From Desulfovibrionaceae bacterium (GTDB lineage: Bacteria > Desulfobacterota > Desulfovibrionia > Desulfovibrionales > Desulfovibrionaceae), in assembly GCA_022510785.1 (NCBI GenBank), contig JAFLSV010000009.1:2973-66972 (forward strand): a DNA stretch of 64,000 bases. Direction: 5' to 3'. Shown here piece after piece: positions 51,512-64,000 of the stretch. The translations under genes and the position numbers were made by a program. Numbering within the stretch: the stretch's first letter is position 1; every line of letters begins with the position of its first letter. The notes below the pieces were generated by a model that saw only the letters and a program-made list of their open reading frames with translations, was not told the DNA's origin and did no database searches.

Positions 51512-51721
51512 ATGAAAGAAGGCATTCATCCCAAGGTTTACAAAGCCAAAATCACCTGCGCCTGCGGCTTCCAGGTGGAAGCGCTTTCCACCAGGGGCGA
51601 AAACGTCCATGTGGAAATTTGTTCCAACTGCCACCCGTTTTTCACGGGCAAGCAGCGCTTTGTGGACACGGCTGGCCGCATTGACCGCTTCCGCAAGAAG
51701 TACGCCAAGTTTGACAAATAG
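51512..51721 (+). CDS. rpmE: 50S ribosomal protein L31 (Zn-binding type)
   Basis: [27 protein letters not shown]. Confidence 0.99.
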   Translation: MKEGIHPKVYKAKITCACGFQVEALSTRGENVHVEICSNCHPFFTGKQRFVDTAGRIDRFRKKYAKFDK

Positions 51722-51814
51722 CGTTTCCCGGTCTTGCCGGCGGCCGGAAGCGGGCTCCCCGGGCTGTCCGGGGAGCTCTTCGTGGTTAACAAGGCAAGCC
51801 TCAAGGAAGCTGGT

Positions 51815-52867
51815 ATGCACCGCATGCTGTACCCGGCCCTGACCGCGCTGGCCGCGCCCGTCCCGCCCGTCCTCCATGGCGCCGGAGCGCCGGCGGAATC
51901 CTGCGCGCGTCCTCCGGCGGAGGCCGCCACCCTGGGGGGGCAGGCCGTCATGGAAGGGATCATGATGCGCAACGGCCCGGTCTATGCGCTGGCTGTGCGC
52001 ATGCCGGACGGCGACATCCTGGTCGAGCGGCGGCGCTGGTACAGCCTGGGCAGCGGGGCCGTATCGGGCAGGCCCTTTGTACGGGGCTTTCCCCTGCTGG
52101 TGGAAACCCTGGTCAACGGCATCCGGGCACTGAACCGTTCGGCGGAATTTGCCGCCCCGGAGCAGGCCGACAGGCCCGGCGGCGCGCAGCTGGTTCTGAC
52201 GCTGCTCCTGTCCCTGGCCATGGCCGTGGGGCTCTTTGTGGCAGCGCCCCACCTGCTGGCCCTGGGGATGAAGGTTCTGGGCCTGGGCGGCGATTTGGAA
52301 CGGCTTTCCTTTCACCTGTGGGATGGTTTTTTCAAGTTCGCCATTTTTCTGGGCTATATTGCCGCCATTTCCCTGGTGCCGGATATCCGCCGGGTTTTCC
52401 AGTATCACGGGGCCGAGCACAAGGTTATCCGCGCGTTCGAGCAGGGCGGGGATGTGTCGGCCCGGTCGGCCGCATCGTGCAGCCGTTTGCATCCGCGCTG
52501 CGGCACCACCTTTATGCTCTTTGTGCTGTCCGTGGCCATTGTGCTCCACGCTGTGCTGGTGCCGCTTTTTCTGTGGCTGTGGCAGCCGCAGGGCGCCTTT
52601 GCCCGGCACGCGGGCACGCTGCTCTTCAAGCTGGCGCTTATGGTGCCCATCAGCGCCGTGGCCTATGAGCTTATCCGCTGCGCCGCGCGTCTGGGCCCGT
52701 CGCTGTGGGGCCGCCTTTTGCGCGCGCCCGGGCTTGTGCTCCAGCTTTTGACCACGCGCGAGCCCGAACGCGAGCATCTGGAAGTTGCTCTGGTGGCCCT
52801 GCGCGAGGCCGTGAGCCCGGAGGCCGCCGCCCGCCTGCAAACCCCCTCCTATACCGTGCTGGAGTGA
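51815..52867 (+). CDS. DUF1385-family membrane protein
   Basis: [38 protein letters not shown]. Confidence 0.9.
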   Translation: MHRMLYPALTALAAPVPPVLHGAGAPAESCARPPAEAATLGGQAVMEGIMMRNGPVYALAVRMPDGDILVERRRWYSLGSGAVSGRPFVRGFPLLVETLVNGIRALNRSAEFAAPEQADRPGGAQLVLTLLLSLAMAVGLFVAAPHLLALGMKVLGLGGDLERLSFHLWDGFFKFAIFLGYIAAISLVPDIRRVFQYHGAEHKVIRAFEQGGDVSARSAASCSRLHPRCGTTFMLFVLSVAIVLHAVLVPLFLWLWQPQGAFARHAGTLLFKLALMVPISAVAYELIRCAARLGPSLWGRLLRAPGLVLQLLTTREPEREHLEVALVALREAVSPEAAARLQTPSYTVLE

Positions 52868-52869
52868 CT

Positions 52870-53943
52870 ATGCTCGCCAAGCTGGAAAATCTGGAAAAGC
52901 GCTACCTTGACCTGGAAGAACAGCTGGCCGCGCCGGATGTGTTCGACGATCAGGAGCGCTACCGCAAGATAGCCAAGGCCCATGCCGACCTGGAGCCCGT
53001 GGTCTCGCTTTTCCGCCGCTATCGCGATCTTCAGCGCCAGTATGCCGACAACAGGGATCTGCTGGAAGATGCGGATCATGACATCCGGGCCATGGCGCAG
53101 GAGGAGCTGCATCACCTGGACAGGGAAATGCCGGAAGTGGAGCAGGCCCTCAGGGTTTTGCTGCTGCCGCCCGATCCCCGGGACGAAAAGAATATTGTGC
53201 TGGAAATCCGGGCGGGCACCGGCGGGGAGGAAGCCGCCCTGTTCGGCGGCGACCTGTTCCGCATGTATTGCCGCTACGCGGAGCTCATGGGCTGGAAGGT
53301 GGAAATCATCAGCGAAAGCCCCACCGACAACGGCGGCTACAAGGAAGTCATCGCCCTTATTTCCGGCAGCCGGGTGTACAGTCATCTCAAATATGAATCC
53401 GGCACCCACCGCGTGCAGCGGGTGCCCGCCACCGAATCGCAGGGGCGCATCCACACCTCCGCCGCCACCGTGGCCGTCATGCCCGAGGCCGGGGACGTGG
53501 ATGTGGACATCCGGCCCGAGGATTTGCGCATTGACGTCTACCGGGCTTCGGGCGCGGGGGGGCAGCACGTCAACAAGACCGAATCCGCCGTGCGCATTAC
53601 CCATATTCCCACCGGGGTGGTGGTGACCTGCCAGGATGAAAAATCCCAGCACAAGAACAAGGCCCGGGCCATGAAGGTGCTGGCATCGCGCATTCTGGCC
53701 GCCGAGCAGGAACGCCTGCATTCCCAGGTGGCGGCGGATCGCAAGTCCCAGGTGGGCTCCGGCGACCGCTCCGAGCGTATCCGCACCTATAATTTCCCGC
53801 AGGGCAGGGTGACCGACCACCGCGTGAACCTGACTCTGTATTCGCTGGATCGCTTTATGGACGGAGAGCTGCAGGGCATGATCGACGCCCTGGCCGCCCG
53901 GGCCCAGGCCGAGGCCCTCAAGGCTGAAGCCCGGGACGCCTGA
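52870..53943 (+). CDS. prfA: Peptide chain release factor 1
   Basis: [33 protein letters not shown]. Confidence 0.98.
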   Translation: MLAKLENLEKRYLDLEEQLAAPDVFDDQERYRKIAKAHADLEPVVSLFRRYRDLQRQYADNRDLLEDADHDIRAMAQEELHHLDREMPEVEQALRVLLLPPDPRDEKNIVLEIRAGTGGEEAALFGGDLFRMYCRYAELMGWKVEIISESPTDNGGYKEVIALISGSRVYSHLKYESGTHRVQRVPATESQGRIHTSAATVAVMPEAGDVDVDIRPEDLRIDVYRASGAGGQHVNKTESAVRITHIPTGVVVTCQDEKSQHKNKARAMKVLASRILAAEQERLHSQVAADRKSQVGSGDRSERIRTYNFPQGRVTDHRVNLTLYSLDRFMDGELQGMIDALAARAQAEALKAEARDA

Positions 53944-53997
53944 GGGATTGCCGCGTCTTCGTCCGCCCGCGCGCGGAGCAGGCGCGGAAAGCGGCTG

Positions 53998-54507
53998 TCA
54001 CTGGCCTTCATCGGGCGGCGTGTCGAAACAGCGCAGATAGGCCTGGTAGCAGCGGCCCATGGGAGATTCGGGGTCAAGGCTCAGGCCGCCCAGCCGGGGC
54101 GGACGGGTCAGCTGCGGCAGCGGCGGCACGACCGTATCCGTGACGAGGTTCAGGGGCGTTTTGCCAAACAAAAGGTGAAGCTCCACCCGGTGAAAGAAGG
54201 GCTCGTCCATAAAGGCGTTGACCCGCTCCAGAATTTCCGGCGCGGCGTAGGTGAGTTCCTGAAGAACCAGATGATCCTCCCCGCCCACCAGCAGAAGGCC
54301 GTCGCGGTGGCCCAGCGGCTGCGCCAGCGGCGCGAGATCCGGCCCCATGACCATGGCCCAGTTTTTCCACAGCTGATCGAGACGGGCAGCCCGCGCGTCC
54401 TGTCCCCTGGACGACAGCCAGGCCGTGAGGGCCTCACTGAGGGGCAGCGGAGCGGCCTGCCGGCGTATGGGCCCGCGGGCGCGGGAAAAACGGCGATATC
54501 TGGACAT
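53998..54507 (-). CDS. DUF721/DciA-family protein
   Basis: L..LWKNW..VMG..LA..A.P..R.G.LLV...Q L....EIL..VN pattern; start placed at MSRYRR. Confidence 0.65.
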   Translation of the reverse strand: MSRYRRFSRARGPIRRQAAPLPLSEALTAWLSSRGQDARAARLDQLWKNWAMVMGPDLAPLAQPLGHRDGLLLVGGEDHLVLQELTYAAPEILERVNAFMDEPFFHRVELHLLFGKTPLNLVTDTVVPPLPQLTRPPRLGGLSLDPESPMGRCYQAYLRCFDTPPDEGQ

Positions 54508-54858
54508 GGGGATTTTCCTTGTCTGTCCATAGCGTATTTTGGCTGACCCGTACAGGGGCCGTGGACATCCGGCCGGGCCGCGCCGGCCGCGCGCCGGCAT
54601 GGCTCTTTCTTCCGCCCATCGCTCCCGCATCGCGCGATCCTGCCGCCCCGCATTGCCCCTGTCTGCCGCAGCTCCATGGCGTTACCGGCGGACAGGCCGC
54701 CTTGAGGCGCCGGCGCATCGGCAGCCGGCCCGGATGAAAGGGATAGTATGCTGATATAATTAAAAAAAAGAAAAAATAGAGAAAAAAGCCGCGGCCCGTG
54801 ATACTATTTCGTCCACATTCCCAAGATGTTAAACCATGTTATGCGGTTTTTCGGGGTA

Positions 54859-54887
54859 TGGATTTTTGCCCCACGCACAGCTATACT
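54859..54887 (+). promoter_or_regulatory. Putative sigma70 promoter of nrdJ
   Basis: TGGATT-N17-TATACT. Confidence 0.45.
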
Positions 54888-55003
54888 GAAAATCCGGGCC
54901 ATGGGGCGCATGCATGCCCCCTGGCCGCCGGTTCGCGCGCCGGCGCTTCCCTTTTTTGAAAGAACGCCTATGCTTGCCCCTGCCGGGGCGTGGGAATGCA
55001 GTT

Positions 55004-57253
55004 ATGATCACCATGCCTGACACTTTGCCGAGTCCCGCTCTGTCCTCCAACGCGGAAAAGGTTCTGTCCAAGCGTTATTACCTCAAGGGCCCTGACGGAA
55101 AAGTCCTGGAGGATGGCCGCGCCCTGTTCTGGAGGGTGTCTTCGGCCATTGCCCAGCAGGAGGTCAAGTACGACGCCTCCACCTGGAAGGAAGCCGACCT
55201 GGCCCGCGCCTTTTATGACATGCTCAGCCAGGGCATTTTTTTGCCCAATTCGCCCACGCTGATGAATGCCGGGAGCGAGCTGGGGCAGCTTTCGGCCTGC
55301 TTTGTCCTGCCGGTGGGCGATTCCATTGAGGAGATTTTTGACGCCGTCAAATACGCGGCCATGATCCACAAGTCCGGCGGCGGCACGGGCTTTTCCTTTT
55401 CGCGCCTGCGCTCCAAGGATTCGCGCGTGGGCTCCACGGGCGGCGTTGCCTCCGGCCCGGTGTCCTTCCTGCGCATTTTCAATACCGCCACCGAGCAGAT
55501 CAAGCAGGGCGGCACCCGGCGCGGCGCCAACATGGGCATTTTGCGGGTTGATCATCCCGACATCCTCGACTTTATCCGCGCCAAGGAAAAGGAAGGAGAA
55601 TTCAACAACTTCAACCTGTCCGTGGGCCTGACCGAAGCCTTTATGGAAGCCGTGGACGCCGATGCCGAGTACCCCTTGCTCGATCCGCACAGCAAGGAGG
55701 AATGCGGCCGCCTCAAGGCCCGGGAGGTCTTTGATTTGCTGGTTCAGAAGGCCTGGGCCAGCGGAGATCCGGGCATTGTTTTTCTGGATCGCATCAACCG
55801 CGACAATCCCACGCCCGCCCAGGGCGAGATCGAGTCCACCAACCCCTGCGGCGAGCAGCCGCTTTTGCCCTATGAGGCGTGCAACCTGGGTTCCATCAAT
55901 CTGGCCCGCTTTGTACGGCCGGCGCGCCTTGTGGAGCAGGCCGCCCGCGAGGCTGTGGACTGGCAGAACCTGCGCCGCGTCATTCATCTGGCCGTGCGCT
56001 TTCTGGACAATGTCATCGACGCCTCGCGTTTCCCGCTGGATCTGATCACCGAGCGGGTGCGCAGCAACCGCAAGATCGGGCTGGGCGTCATGGGTTGGGC
56101 TGACATGCTTTTTCAGCTGGGTGTGGCCTATAACAGTCAGGAGTCGCTGGATCTGGCCGAAGAGGTCATGCGCTTTGTGCAGGAAGAAGGCCGGGCGGCC
56201 TCCGTGCAGCTGGCCAGGGAGCGTGGCGCCTTCCCCGCCTTTGCCGGCTCGCAGCTCGCCGCCAGGGGTATGGAACCCCAGCGCAACGCCACCATTACCA
56301 CCATCGCGCCCACGGGCACCCTGTCCATCATTGGCGGCTGCTCGTCCGGGGTGGAGCCTATTTTTGCCCTGTGCTTCGCGCGCAACGTCATGGACGGCGA
56401 GCGTCTGGTGGAAGTGAATCCCTATTTCGAGGAGGCGCTGCGCTCCACCAATGACCACAGCCCCGAGCTCATGGAGGCGGTGGCCGCGTCCGGCAGCATC
56501 CAGGACATGGATTTTCTGCCCGCCGAACTGCGCCGCGTATTCGTCACCGCCATGGACATTTCGGCGGAGGCTCACCTGCGCATGCAGGCAGCCTTCCAGA
56601 AGTACACGGACAACGCCGTGTCCAAGACGGTCAATCTGCCAAACAGCGCCACGGTGCAGGATATCGAGCGCATTTACCGCCTGGCCTATGAGCTGGGATG
56701 CAAGGGCGTGACCGTGTACCGCGACGGCTGCAAGTCCGTGCAGGTGCTGACCACCGGCGGGGCGGGGCAGAAGCCCCAGCCGGGCAAGGCGTCTGTGGTG
56801 CGGCAGCGGCCCGACATGGTGGCCGGCTTTACCCAGAAGGTGCAGACCGGCCTTGGCGTGTTGTACCTGACGGTCAACGAGGTGGACGGCCAGCCCTTTG
56901 AGGTGTTCGCCACCATCGGCAAGTCCGGCCGTTCCATCACGGCCAAGGCCGAGGCCATCGGCCGCCTGGTTTCCCTGTGTTTCCGCTCCGGTGTGGCCGT
57001 GCGCGATGTGGTGGCCCAGCTCAAGGGCATAGGCGGAGAGCACCCGGTGTTTCAGAAGAAGGGAATTTTGCTGTCCATCCCCGATGCCATCGCCTGGGTG
57101 CTGGAAAATCGCTATCTCAAGGGCTCCCAGCCCGTGGTCGCGGGCTCCGGCCAGGATCTTCAGCATCCCCGCTGCCCCGAGTGCGGCGGCGAGCTTCTGT
57201 TCCAGGAAGGCTGCCACATCTGCCAGCATTGCGGCTACAGTCGCTGCGGCTAG
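55004..57253 (+). CDS. nrdJ: Class II (adenosylcobalamin-dependent) ribonucleotide reductase
   Basis: PNSPTLMNAG, SACFV, RRGANMG, TNPCGEQPL, CNLGS, TIAPTGT, KGVTVYRDG; TSCPD-like domain and terminal CxxC..CxxC ribbon. Confidence 0.96.
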   Translation: MITMPDTLPSPALSSNAEKVLSKRYYLKGPDGKVLEDGRALFWRVSSAIAQQEVKYDASTWKEADLARAFYDMLSQGIFLPNSPTLMNAGSELGQLSACFVLPVGDSIEEIFDAVKYAAMIHKSGGGTGFSFSRLRSKDSRVGSTGGVASGPVSFLRIFNTATEQIKQGGTRRGANMGILRVDHPDILDFIRAKEKEGEFNNFNLSVGLTEAFMEAVDADAEYPLLDPHSKEECGRLKAREVFDLLVQKAWASGDPGIVFLDRINRDNPTPAQGEIESTNPCGEQPLLPYEACNLGSINLARFVRPARLVEQAAREAVDWQNLRRVIHLAVRFLDNVIDASRFPLDLITERVRSNRKIGLGVMGWADMLFQLGVAYNSQESLDLAEEVMRFVQEEGRAASVQLARERGAFPAFAGSQLAARGMEPQRNATITTIAPTGTLSIIGGCSSGVEPIFALCFARNVMDGERLVEVNPYFEEALRSTNDHSPELMEAVAASGSIQDMDFLPAELRRVFVTAMDISAEAHLRMQAAFQKYTDNAVSKTVNLPNSATVQDIERIYRLAYELGCKGVTVYRDGCKSVQVLTTGGAGQKPQPGKASVVRQRPDMVAGFTQKVQTGLGVLYLTVNEVDGQPFEVFATIGKSGRSITAKAEAIGRLVSLCFRSGVAVRDVVAQLKGIGGEHPVFQKKGILLSIPDAIAWVLENRYLKGSQPVVAGSGQDLQHPRCPECGGELLFQEGCHICQHCGYSRCG

Positions 57254-57328
57254 CGGCGGCCCCTGCCGGCGGGGCCGGAACAGAAAAGCCCCCGGCACGG
57301 AAAAATCAGCGTTGCTTTTGTGTGTGGT

Positions 57329-57358
57329 ACATCCCCCGCGCCAGCGGGGGATGTTTCT
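57329..57358 (+). terminator. Probable terminator between convergent nrdJ and secA
   Basis: 11-bp stem ACATCCCCCGC/GCGGGGGATGT, 4-nt loop, T-rich tail. Confidence 0.55.
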
Positions 57359-57480
57359 GATGTTTCTGCACGCCGGAAAGCCCGCGGCGGGCGCGTGTGT
57401 TGCGGAAGACCGGCCCAATATGGCCCAATATGCCCCGGGCAGGAACACCTGCGGACAGAATGCGAAAGCCGTGAGAGCCG

Positions 57481-60117
<2,637 letters not shown>

Positions 60118-60149
60118 GGGTCTCTCCATCGTCAGAATGCGAAGTTTTT

Positions 60150-60178
60150 ATCATACGTTATAGAGGATCGTTTGGCAA
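60150..60178 (-). promoter_or_regulatory. Putative sigma70 promoter of secA
   Basis: Minus strand TTGCCA-N17-TATGAT. Confidence 0.6.
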
Positions 60179-60250
60179 ACGCGGGCAGAACCCGGAGCCG
60201 GAGCGGCGCGGGCGGAGGGCCGTTTGGCGCGCGGGAGCGTGCGGCTTGCG

Positions 60251-60979
60251 TTACCCAAGGCGGAAGCTTTCCCCCAGGTAGACGGAGCGGGCCTGTTCGT
60301 CGTCCACAATTTCGTCGGGGGTGCCGGTGAGGATGAGCCGCCCCTGGAACATGAGGGACGCGCGGTCGCAGATGCTCAGCGTTTCGCGCACGTTGTGGTC
60401 GGAAATCAGCACGCCGATGCCGCGTTCCTTAAGGCTGCGGATAAGCTGCTGAATGTCGCCCACGGCCAGGGGGTCAATGCCCGCGAAAGGCTCGTCCAGC
60501 AGCACAAACAGCGGGTCGCGGATGAGGCAGCGGGCTATTTCCAGGCGGCGGCGCTCCCCCCCGGACAGATACGAGGCGTAGGAGTCCGCCAGGCGGGTCA
60601 GCCCGAACTCTTCCATCAGAAGATCGGCGCGGGCCCGCTGGGCCGCGCGATCCAGCCCCGCATGCTCCAGGATGATTTGCAGGTTCTGGCGCACGGTCAG
60701 GCGGCGGAAGACCGAGCTTTCCTGCGGCAGGTAGCTGAGGCCGACGCGCGCCCGGCGGTACAGGGGCCAGGCGCCTATGTCGCGGCCGTCCAGCAGCACC
60801 TTGCCGGAGCTGGGCTTGATGATGCCCGTCAGCATGTAGAATGTGGTGGTCTTGCCCGCCCCGTTGGGGCCGAGCAGGCCCACAATCTCCCCCTGGTTCA
60901 TGGACAGGCTGACCTCATGCACCACTTCCCTGGCGCCGAAGCGCTTGCACAGTTTTTCCCCGGCAAGGGTGGCCTTCAT
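60251..60979 (-). CDS. lptB: LPS export ABC ATPase LptB
   Basis: GPNGAGKTTTF, YLPQESSVF, LSGGERRRLEIAR, DEPFAGIDP, DHNVRE. Confidence 0.97.
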   Translation of the reverse strand: MKATLAGEKLCKRFGAREVVHEVSLSMNQGEIVGLLGPNGAGKTTTFYMLTGIIKPSSGKVLLDGRDIGAWPLYRRARVGLSYLPQESSVFRRLTVRQNLQIILEHAGLDRAAQRARADLLMEEFGLTRLADSYASYLSGGERRRLEIARCLIRDPLFVLLDEPFAGIDPLAVGDIQQLIRSLKERGIGVLISDHNVRETLSICDRASLMFQGRLILTGTPDEIVDDEQARSVYLGESFRLG

Positions 60980-60980
60980 G

Positions 60981-61538
60981 TCAGCGTCTCCGTGGACTGG
61001 AGCCGCCGCTGGAGCTGAAGACCGCCTGCACCCGCTTCTGGGGGCCGCCGTCCACTTCGCTGCGGTTTTCGTTCATGTAGTAGCGGATGCGTTCGCCGCT
61101 GATGGAGCTTTCTCCGTCACGGACAACGGGGTCGCCCTCCAGCACCAGCAGGCCCGTGTCCACGGTGTAGGTGGCCTTCTGGGCTGTGCCGGTCTGGGTA
61201 TTGTAGGTGAAGCGCACATTTTTTTCGGCCACAATGTGGTCAAGGTCGCCCGTGTCCGGGCTTGGCTCCGCCTGATTTTTCTGCGTCCCGCCCTTCGGGG
61301 TATCCGCCTTTTTGAGATACAGGGTAAGCACGGCGGACCAGAGGCGGAAATCCTCGCGCTCCACTTCCACATTTCCCTGGAACACCACGGTATTGGCGTT
61401 GGTGTCATACGTCATGGAGTCCGAGATAATATGGATGGGCAGATCCTTGCCCGCCTTGGGGGCGGCCTGGGCCGCGGGCGTCGTCAGGCCGGACAGAACG
61501 AGGCCGGTCAGCAGAGCGGACACAAAGACATGTTTCAC
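60981..61538 (-). CDS. lptA: LptA/OstA-family LPS transport protein
   Basis: Signal peptide, PIHIISDSM..VFQGNV, LVLEGDP; located between lptC and lptB. Confidence 0.88.
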   Translation of the reverse strand: MKHVFVSALLTGLVLSGLTTPAAQAAPKAGKDLPIHIISDSMTYDTNANTVVFQGNVEVEREDFRLWSAVLTLYLKKADTPKGGTQKNQAEPSPDTGDLDHIVAEKNVRFTYNTQTGTAQKATYTVDTGLLVLEGDPVVRDGESSISGERIRYYMNENRSEVDGGPQKRVQAVFSSSGGSSPRRR

Positions 61539-62278
61539 CGGGCTGTCTCCCTGTGGGCGTTGGACGGGGCGGATTCCGGCGGGGATGCGCCGTCAGGGGC
61601 CGGGCCGCCTTCCGGGGCATCCCCGGGCGTGGCCGCCGAAGGCCGCGGCTTGTCGGAGCGCGGCGTCCACACCACGTCCACCCCGTGTTCTCCGTCCAGA
61701 ATATTCGTTGCGAGGTTCCAGCGCAAGCTGCCCGCGGTGCCGGCCAGTGTCGGGCCATCCAGCCTTGCGCCGTCCGGGAAGAGCAGAATGCGGGTGTCGT
61801 TGCGGAAGATGGCCACGGAACCGGTCAGCACCTCATCCTGATATTCGGCGCGCACCTTGCCTTCCATGGTCAGCAGGCTGTTGTTGTTTTCTATCCGGCC
61901 GCTTTCGGCCGTAACCTCCACCTGGCGCGGCGGACTGCCGCCCTTGTCCGGATCGCCCACAGCATAGCGAACCACCGGGGAATTCACCTGAACCAGGCCC
62001 GATTCCTGGCGCAGGGTGGCCCAGTCCGCATCCAGAGTCCACGATTCGTGTCCGGCTTCGCCCTGCGCCAGACGCACGCCGCGCACAGCCAGATCAATGG
62101 CTTCCTCCAGACCGTCGGGCGGGTTGTGCAGAAGCTCGTCCAGATCGGCGGATTTGACGACTTCGCTGAGCCTGTTCAGGGTCTGCCGGGCCCGCCAGCC
62201 CTGCCACGCCAGATAGCCCCCCCCCGCGACGGCGGCGAGGAGAAGCGCAATCAGCAGGCGGACGAGGGACTTATTCAT
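61535..62278 (-). CDS. lptC: LPS export protein LptC
   Basis: N-terminal TM anchor, beta-jellyroll-like pattern, synteny kdsC-lptC-lptA-lptB. Confidence 0.8.
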   Translation of the reverse strand: MNKSLVRLLIALLLAAVAGGGYLAWQGWRARQTLNRLSEVVKSADLDELLHNPPDGLEEAIDLAVRGVRLAQGEAGHESWTLDADWATLRQESGLVQVNSPVVRYAVGDPDKGGSPPRQVEVTAESGRIENNNSLLTMEGKVRAEYQDEVLTGSVAIFRNDTRILLFPDGARLDGPTLAGTAGSLRWNLATNILDGEHGVDVVWTPRSDKPRPSAATPGDAPEGGPAPDGASPPESAPSNAHRETAR

Positions 62279-62889
62279 GCCTTTTTACGGGCTCCGGCCG
62301 GCAGCGTGGTCCACAGTGCGGCGGGCTTCAGCCCGTCCTGGCGGGCGTTCAGCAAAAATTCCACGGCTTCGCGCACGGCGCCCCGGCCTCCCGGGGCCGC
62401 GGTCACATACAGGGCTTCGTCCCTCACGTCAGGCGCCGCGTCGGCCACGGCCAGAGGCATGCCCACGGTCCGCAGGGGATCAAGGTCGATCCAGTCGTCA
62501 CCCATATAGGCCATCTGATCAAAGCCCAGGCCCAGGCGGCGGCGGATTTCGTCCAGAACGGGCAGTTTGGCTTCATGCCCGGGGTGGTATTCCGTCACGC
62601 CCAGCTGGGTCATGCGGGCGCGCACGCAGGGATCGTCGCGGCCGGTGATGATGCCGATGCCCAGTCCCGCGCGCAGCGCGGTCTTGATGCCAATGCCGTC
62701 GCGGGCGTAAAAGGCCTTGGAGGCCGTGCCGCTTGCGTCAAAATACAGCCTGCCGTCGGTGCACACCCCGTCCACGTCCAGCACCAGAAAGCGCACCCTG
62801 GCGGCCGCTTCCGCGGCGCCGGGGCGGCATAGGGCTCCGGGCGGGACGGCGCCGGGGATGCCGCCGGGCATGTCGAGTTCAGCGGACAT
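62275..62889 (-). CDS. kdsC: KDO 8-phosphate phosphatase (HAD family)
   Basis: [27 protein letters not shown]. Confidence 0.92.
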   Translation of the reverse strand: MSAELDMPGGIPGAVPPGALCRPGAAEAAARVRFLVLDVDGVCTDGRLYFDASGTASKAFYARDGIGIKTALRAGLGIGIITGRDDPCVRARMTQLGVTEYHPGHEAKLPVLDEIRRRLGLGFDQMAYMGDDWIDLDPLRTVGMPLAVADAAPDVRDEALYVTAAPGGRGAVREAVEFLLNARQDGLKPAALWTTLPAGARKKA

Positions 62890-63703
62890 GGGGCACGCTC
62901 CACAGGGCCTTCAGCTCGGTCAGAAGTCCGGGCAGCTTGTCCAGGGGCCAGCTGTTGGGGCCGTCGCACAAGGCCTTGTCCGGATCGGGGTGGGTTTCCA
63001 TAAAAATGCCGTTGACGCCGGCCGCCGCCGCCGCGCGGGCCAGTACGGGCACAAACTGGCGCTGCCCGCCGGACGAGGAACCCCGCCCCCCGGGCAGCTG
63101 CACGGAGTGGGTGGCGTCGAACACCACGGGCACTCCCATCTCCTGCATGATGGGCAGCGAGCGGTAATCCACCACCAGATTGTTGTACCCGAAGCTGGCC
63201 CCGCGCTCGGTGAGCAGAATGCGCGGGTTGCCCGCCTTTTCGAGTTTGTCCTTGACCGGGCCCATGTCCCACGGGGCCAGAAACTGGCCCTTTTTGACGT
63301 TGATGATGGCGGAGCTTTCCGCCGCGGCCAGCAGAAGATCGGTCTGCCGGCAGAGAAAGGCCGGTATTTGCAGGATGTCGGCCACCTCGGCCACTGGGGC
63401 GGCCTGATCGGGCAGATGGATGTCCGTGACTATGGGCAGGCCCGTGGCTTCCTTGATGCGGGCCAGCCAGTCCAGGCCCCGGCTCAGGCCCGGCCCCCGG
63501 AAGCTCTGGCCCGAGGTGCGGTTGGCCTTGTCCCACGAGCTTTTGAACACCGCTGTCAGACCCGCGGCGGAGGCGGCCTCCTTCACGGCGTGGGCCGTGT
63601 CCAGGGCCAGGGCGTAATCTTCCAGGGCGCAGGGGCCGGCCAGAATGAAGTGCTCACCGCAGAGCCTGTCATACAGGGAAAATGTGGCGGATGAACGTTC
63701 CAT
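62879..63703 (-). CDS. kdsA: KDO 8-phosphate synthase
   Basis: [41 protein letters not shown]. Confidence 0.98.
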   Translation of the reverse strand: MERSSATFSLYDRLCGEHFILAGPCALEDYALALDTAHAVKEAASAAGLTAVFKSSWDKANRTSGQSFRGPGLSRGLDWLARIKEATGLPIVTDIHLPDQAAPVAEVADILQIPAFLCRQTDLLLAAAESSAIINVKKGQFLAPWDMGPVKDKLEKAGNPRILLTERGASFGYNNLVVDYRSLPIMQEMGVPVVFDATHSVQLPGGRGSSSGGQRQFVPVLARAAAAAGVNGIFMETHPDPDKALCDGPNSWPLDKLPGLLTELKALWSVPHVR

Positions 63704-63752
63704 AGCGATCCTTCAAAAACAGTCCTCGGCCGCGGGCCGCTCCCGCGGACGC

Positions 63753-64000
63753 TCAGCTTTTTGCCCCGTCTTCGCCCGCCTGCGCGGCGGCCGCGCGGAT
63801 AAATTCGCGAAACAGCGGATGGGCGTGCATGGGGCCGGACTTGAACTCGGGGTGGAACTGGCAGCCCAGAAACCAGGGATGATCCGGCAGCTCCACCATT
63901 TCCACCAGGCTCCCGTCGGGCGAGGTGCCGCTGAACACCATGCCGTGCTTGCCCAGAAGTTCCTTGTAGGCGTTGTTGAATTCGTAGCGGTGGCGGTGGC
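63753..64000 (-). CDS. pyrG: CTP synthase, C-terminal part (gene starts beyond the window)
   Basis: [23 protein letters not shown]. Confidence 0.96.
   Translation of the reverse strand, partial: HRHRYEFNNAYKELLGKHGMVFSGTSPDGSLVEMVELPDHPWFLGCQFHPEFKSGPMHAHPLFREFIRAAAAQAGEDGAKS

Noticed and set aside
54630-55003. Cobalamin riboswitch or tandem NrdR boxes upstream of nrdJ
   Set aside because: No B12-box or GCAACTGT-type motifs. Only one imperfect NrdR-like site (TCCCAAGATGTTAAAC, 54819-54834) with no properly spaced partner.

Overview
GC-rich chromosomal window from a Desulfovibrionaceae (Desulfovibrio-like) bacterium; the assignment rests on gene order, the Desulfovibrio-type porin and the r-protein sequences. 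It is mostly core housekeeping DNA. Left to right: Mog/MoaB domain (5'-partial), DUF2333, PaaK-like CoA ligase, der, DUF1269; an AT-rich surface-glycan island (RgpF+WbsX fusion, rmlC, RgpF, GT2); guaB-guaA-tatB-tatC-hisB-lipoprotein-hisA on the minus strand; a second AT-rich islet (eroded ORF plus SAM methyltransferase); TetR; a 29-gene S10-spc-alpha cluster from rpsJ to rplQ behind a ~590-nt structured leader; porin; ftsY, DEAD helicase, hypothetical, TrmI, ABC-F; TtuA-like thiolase; GT9 and tlyA; rpmE-DUF1385-prfA; DciA-like; class II RNR nrdJ; secA; pyrG(partial)-kdsA-kdsC-lptCAB. I found no integrase, transposase, CRISPR array, rRNA or tRNA, and no clearly novel multi-gene system. The best leads are: (i) TrmI near a TtuA-type enzyme, the thermophile-type tRNA T-loop modification pair; (ii) the long S10 leader with alternative structures; (iii) an excess of in-frame, stop-free spacers between r-protein genes; (iv) two AT-rich glycan-related islets sharing an upstream motif, one encoding an RgpF-WbsX fusion with degenerate RgpF motifs. 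All calls come from manual motif recognition; no database searches were run.
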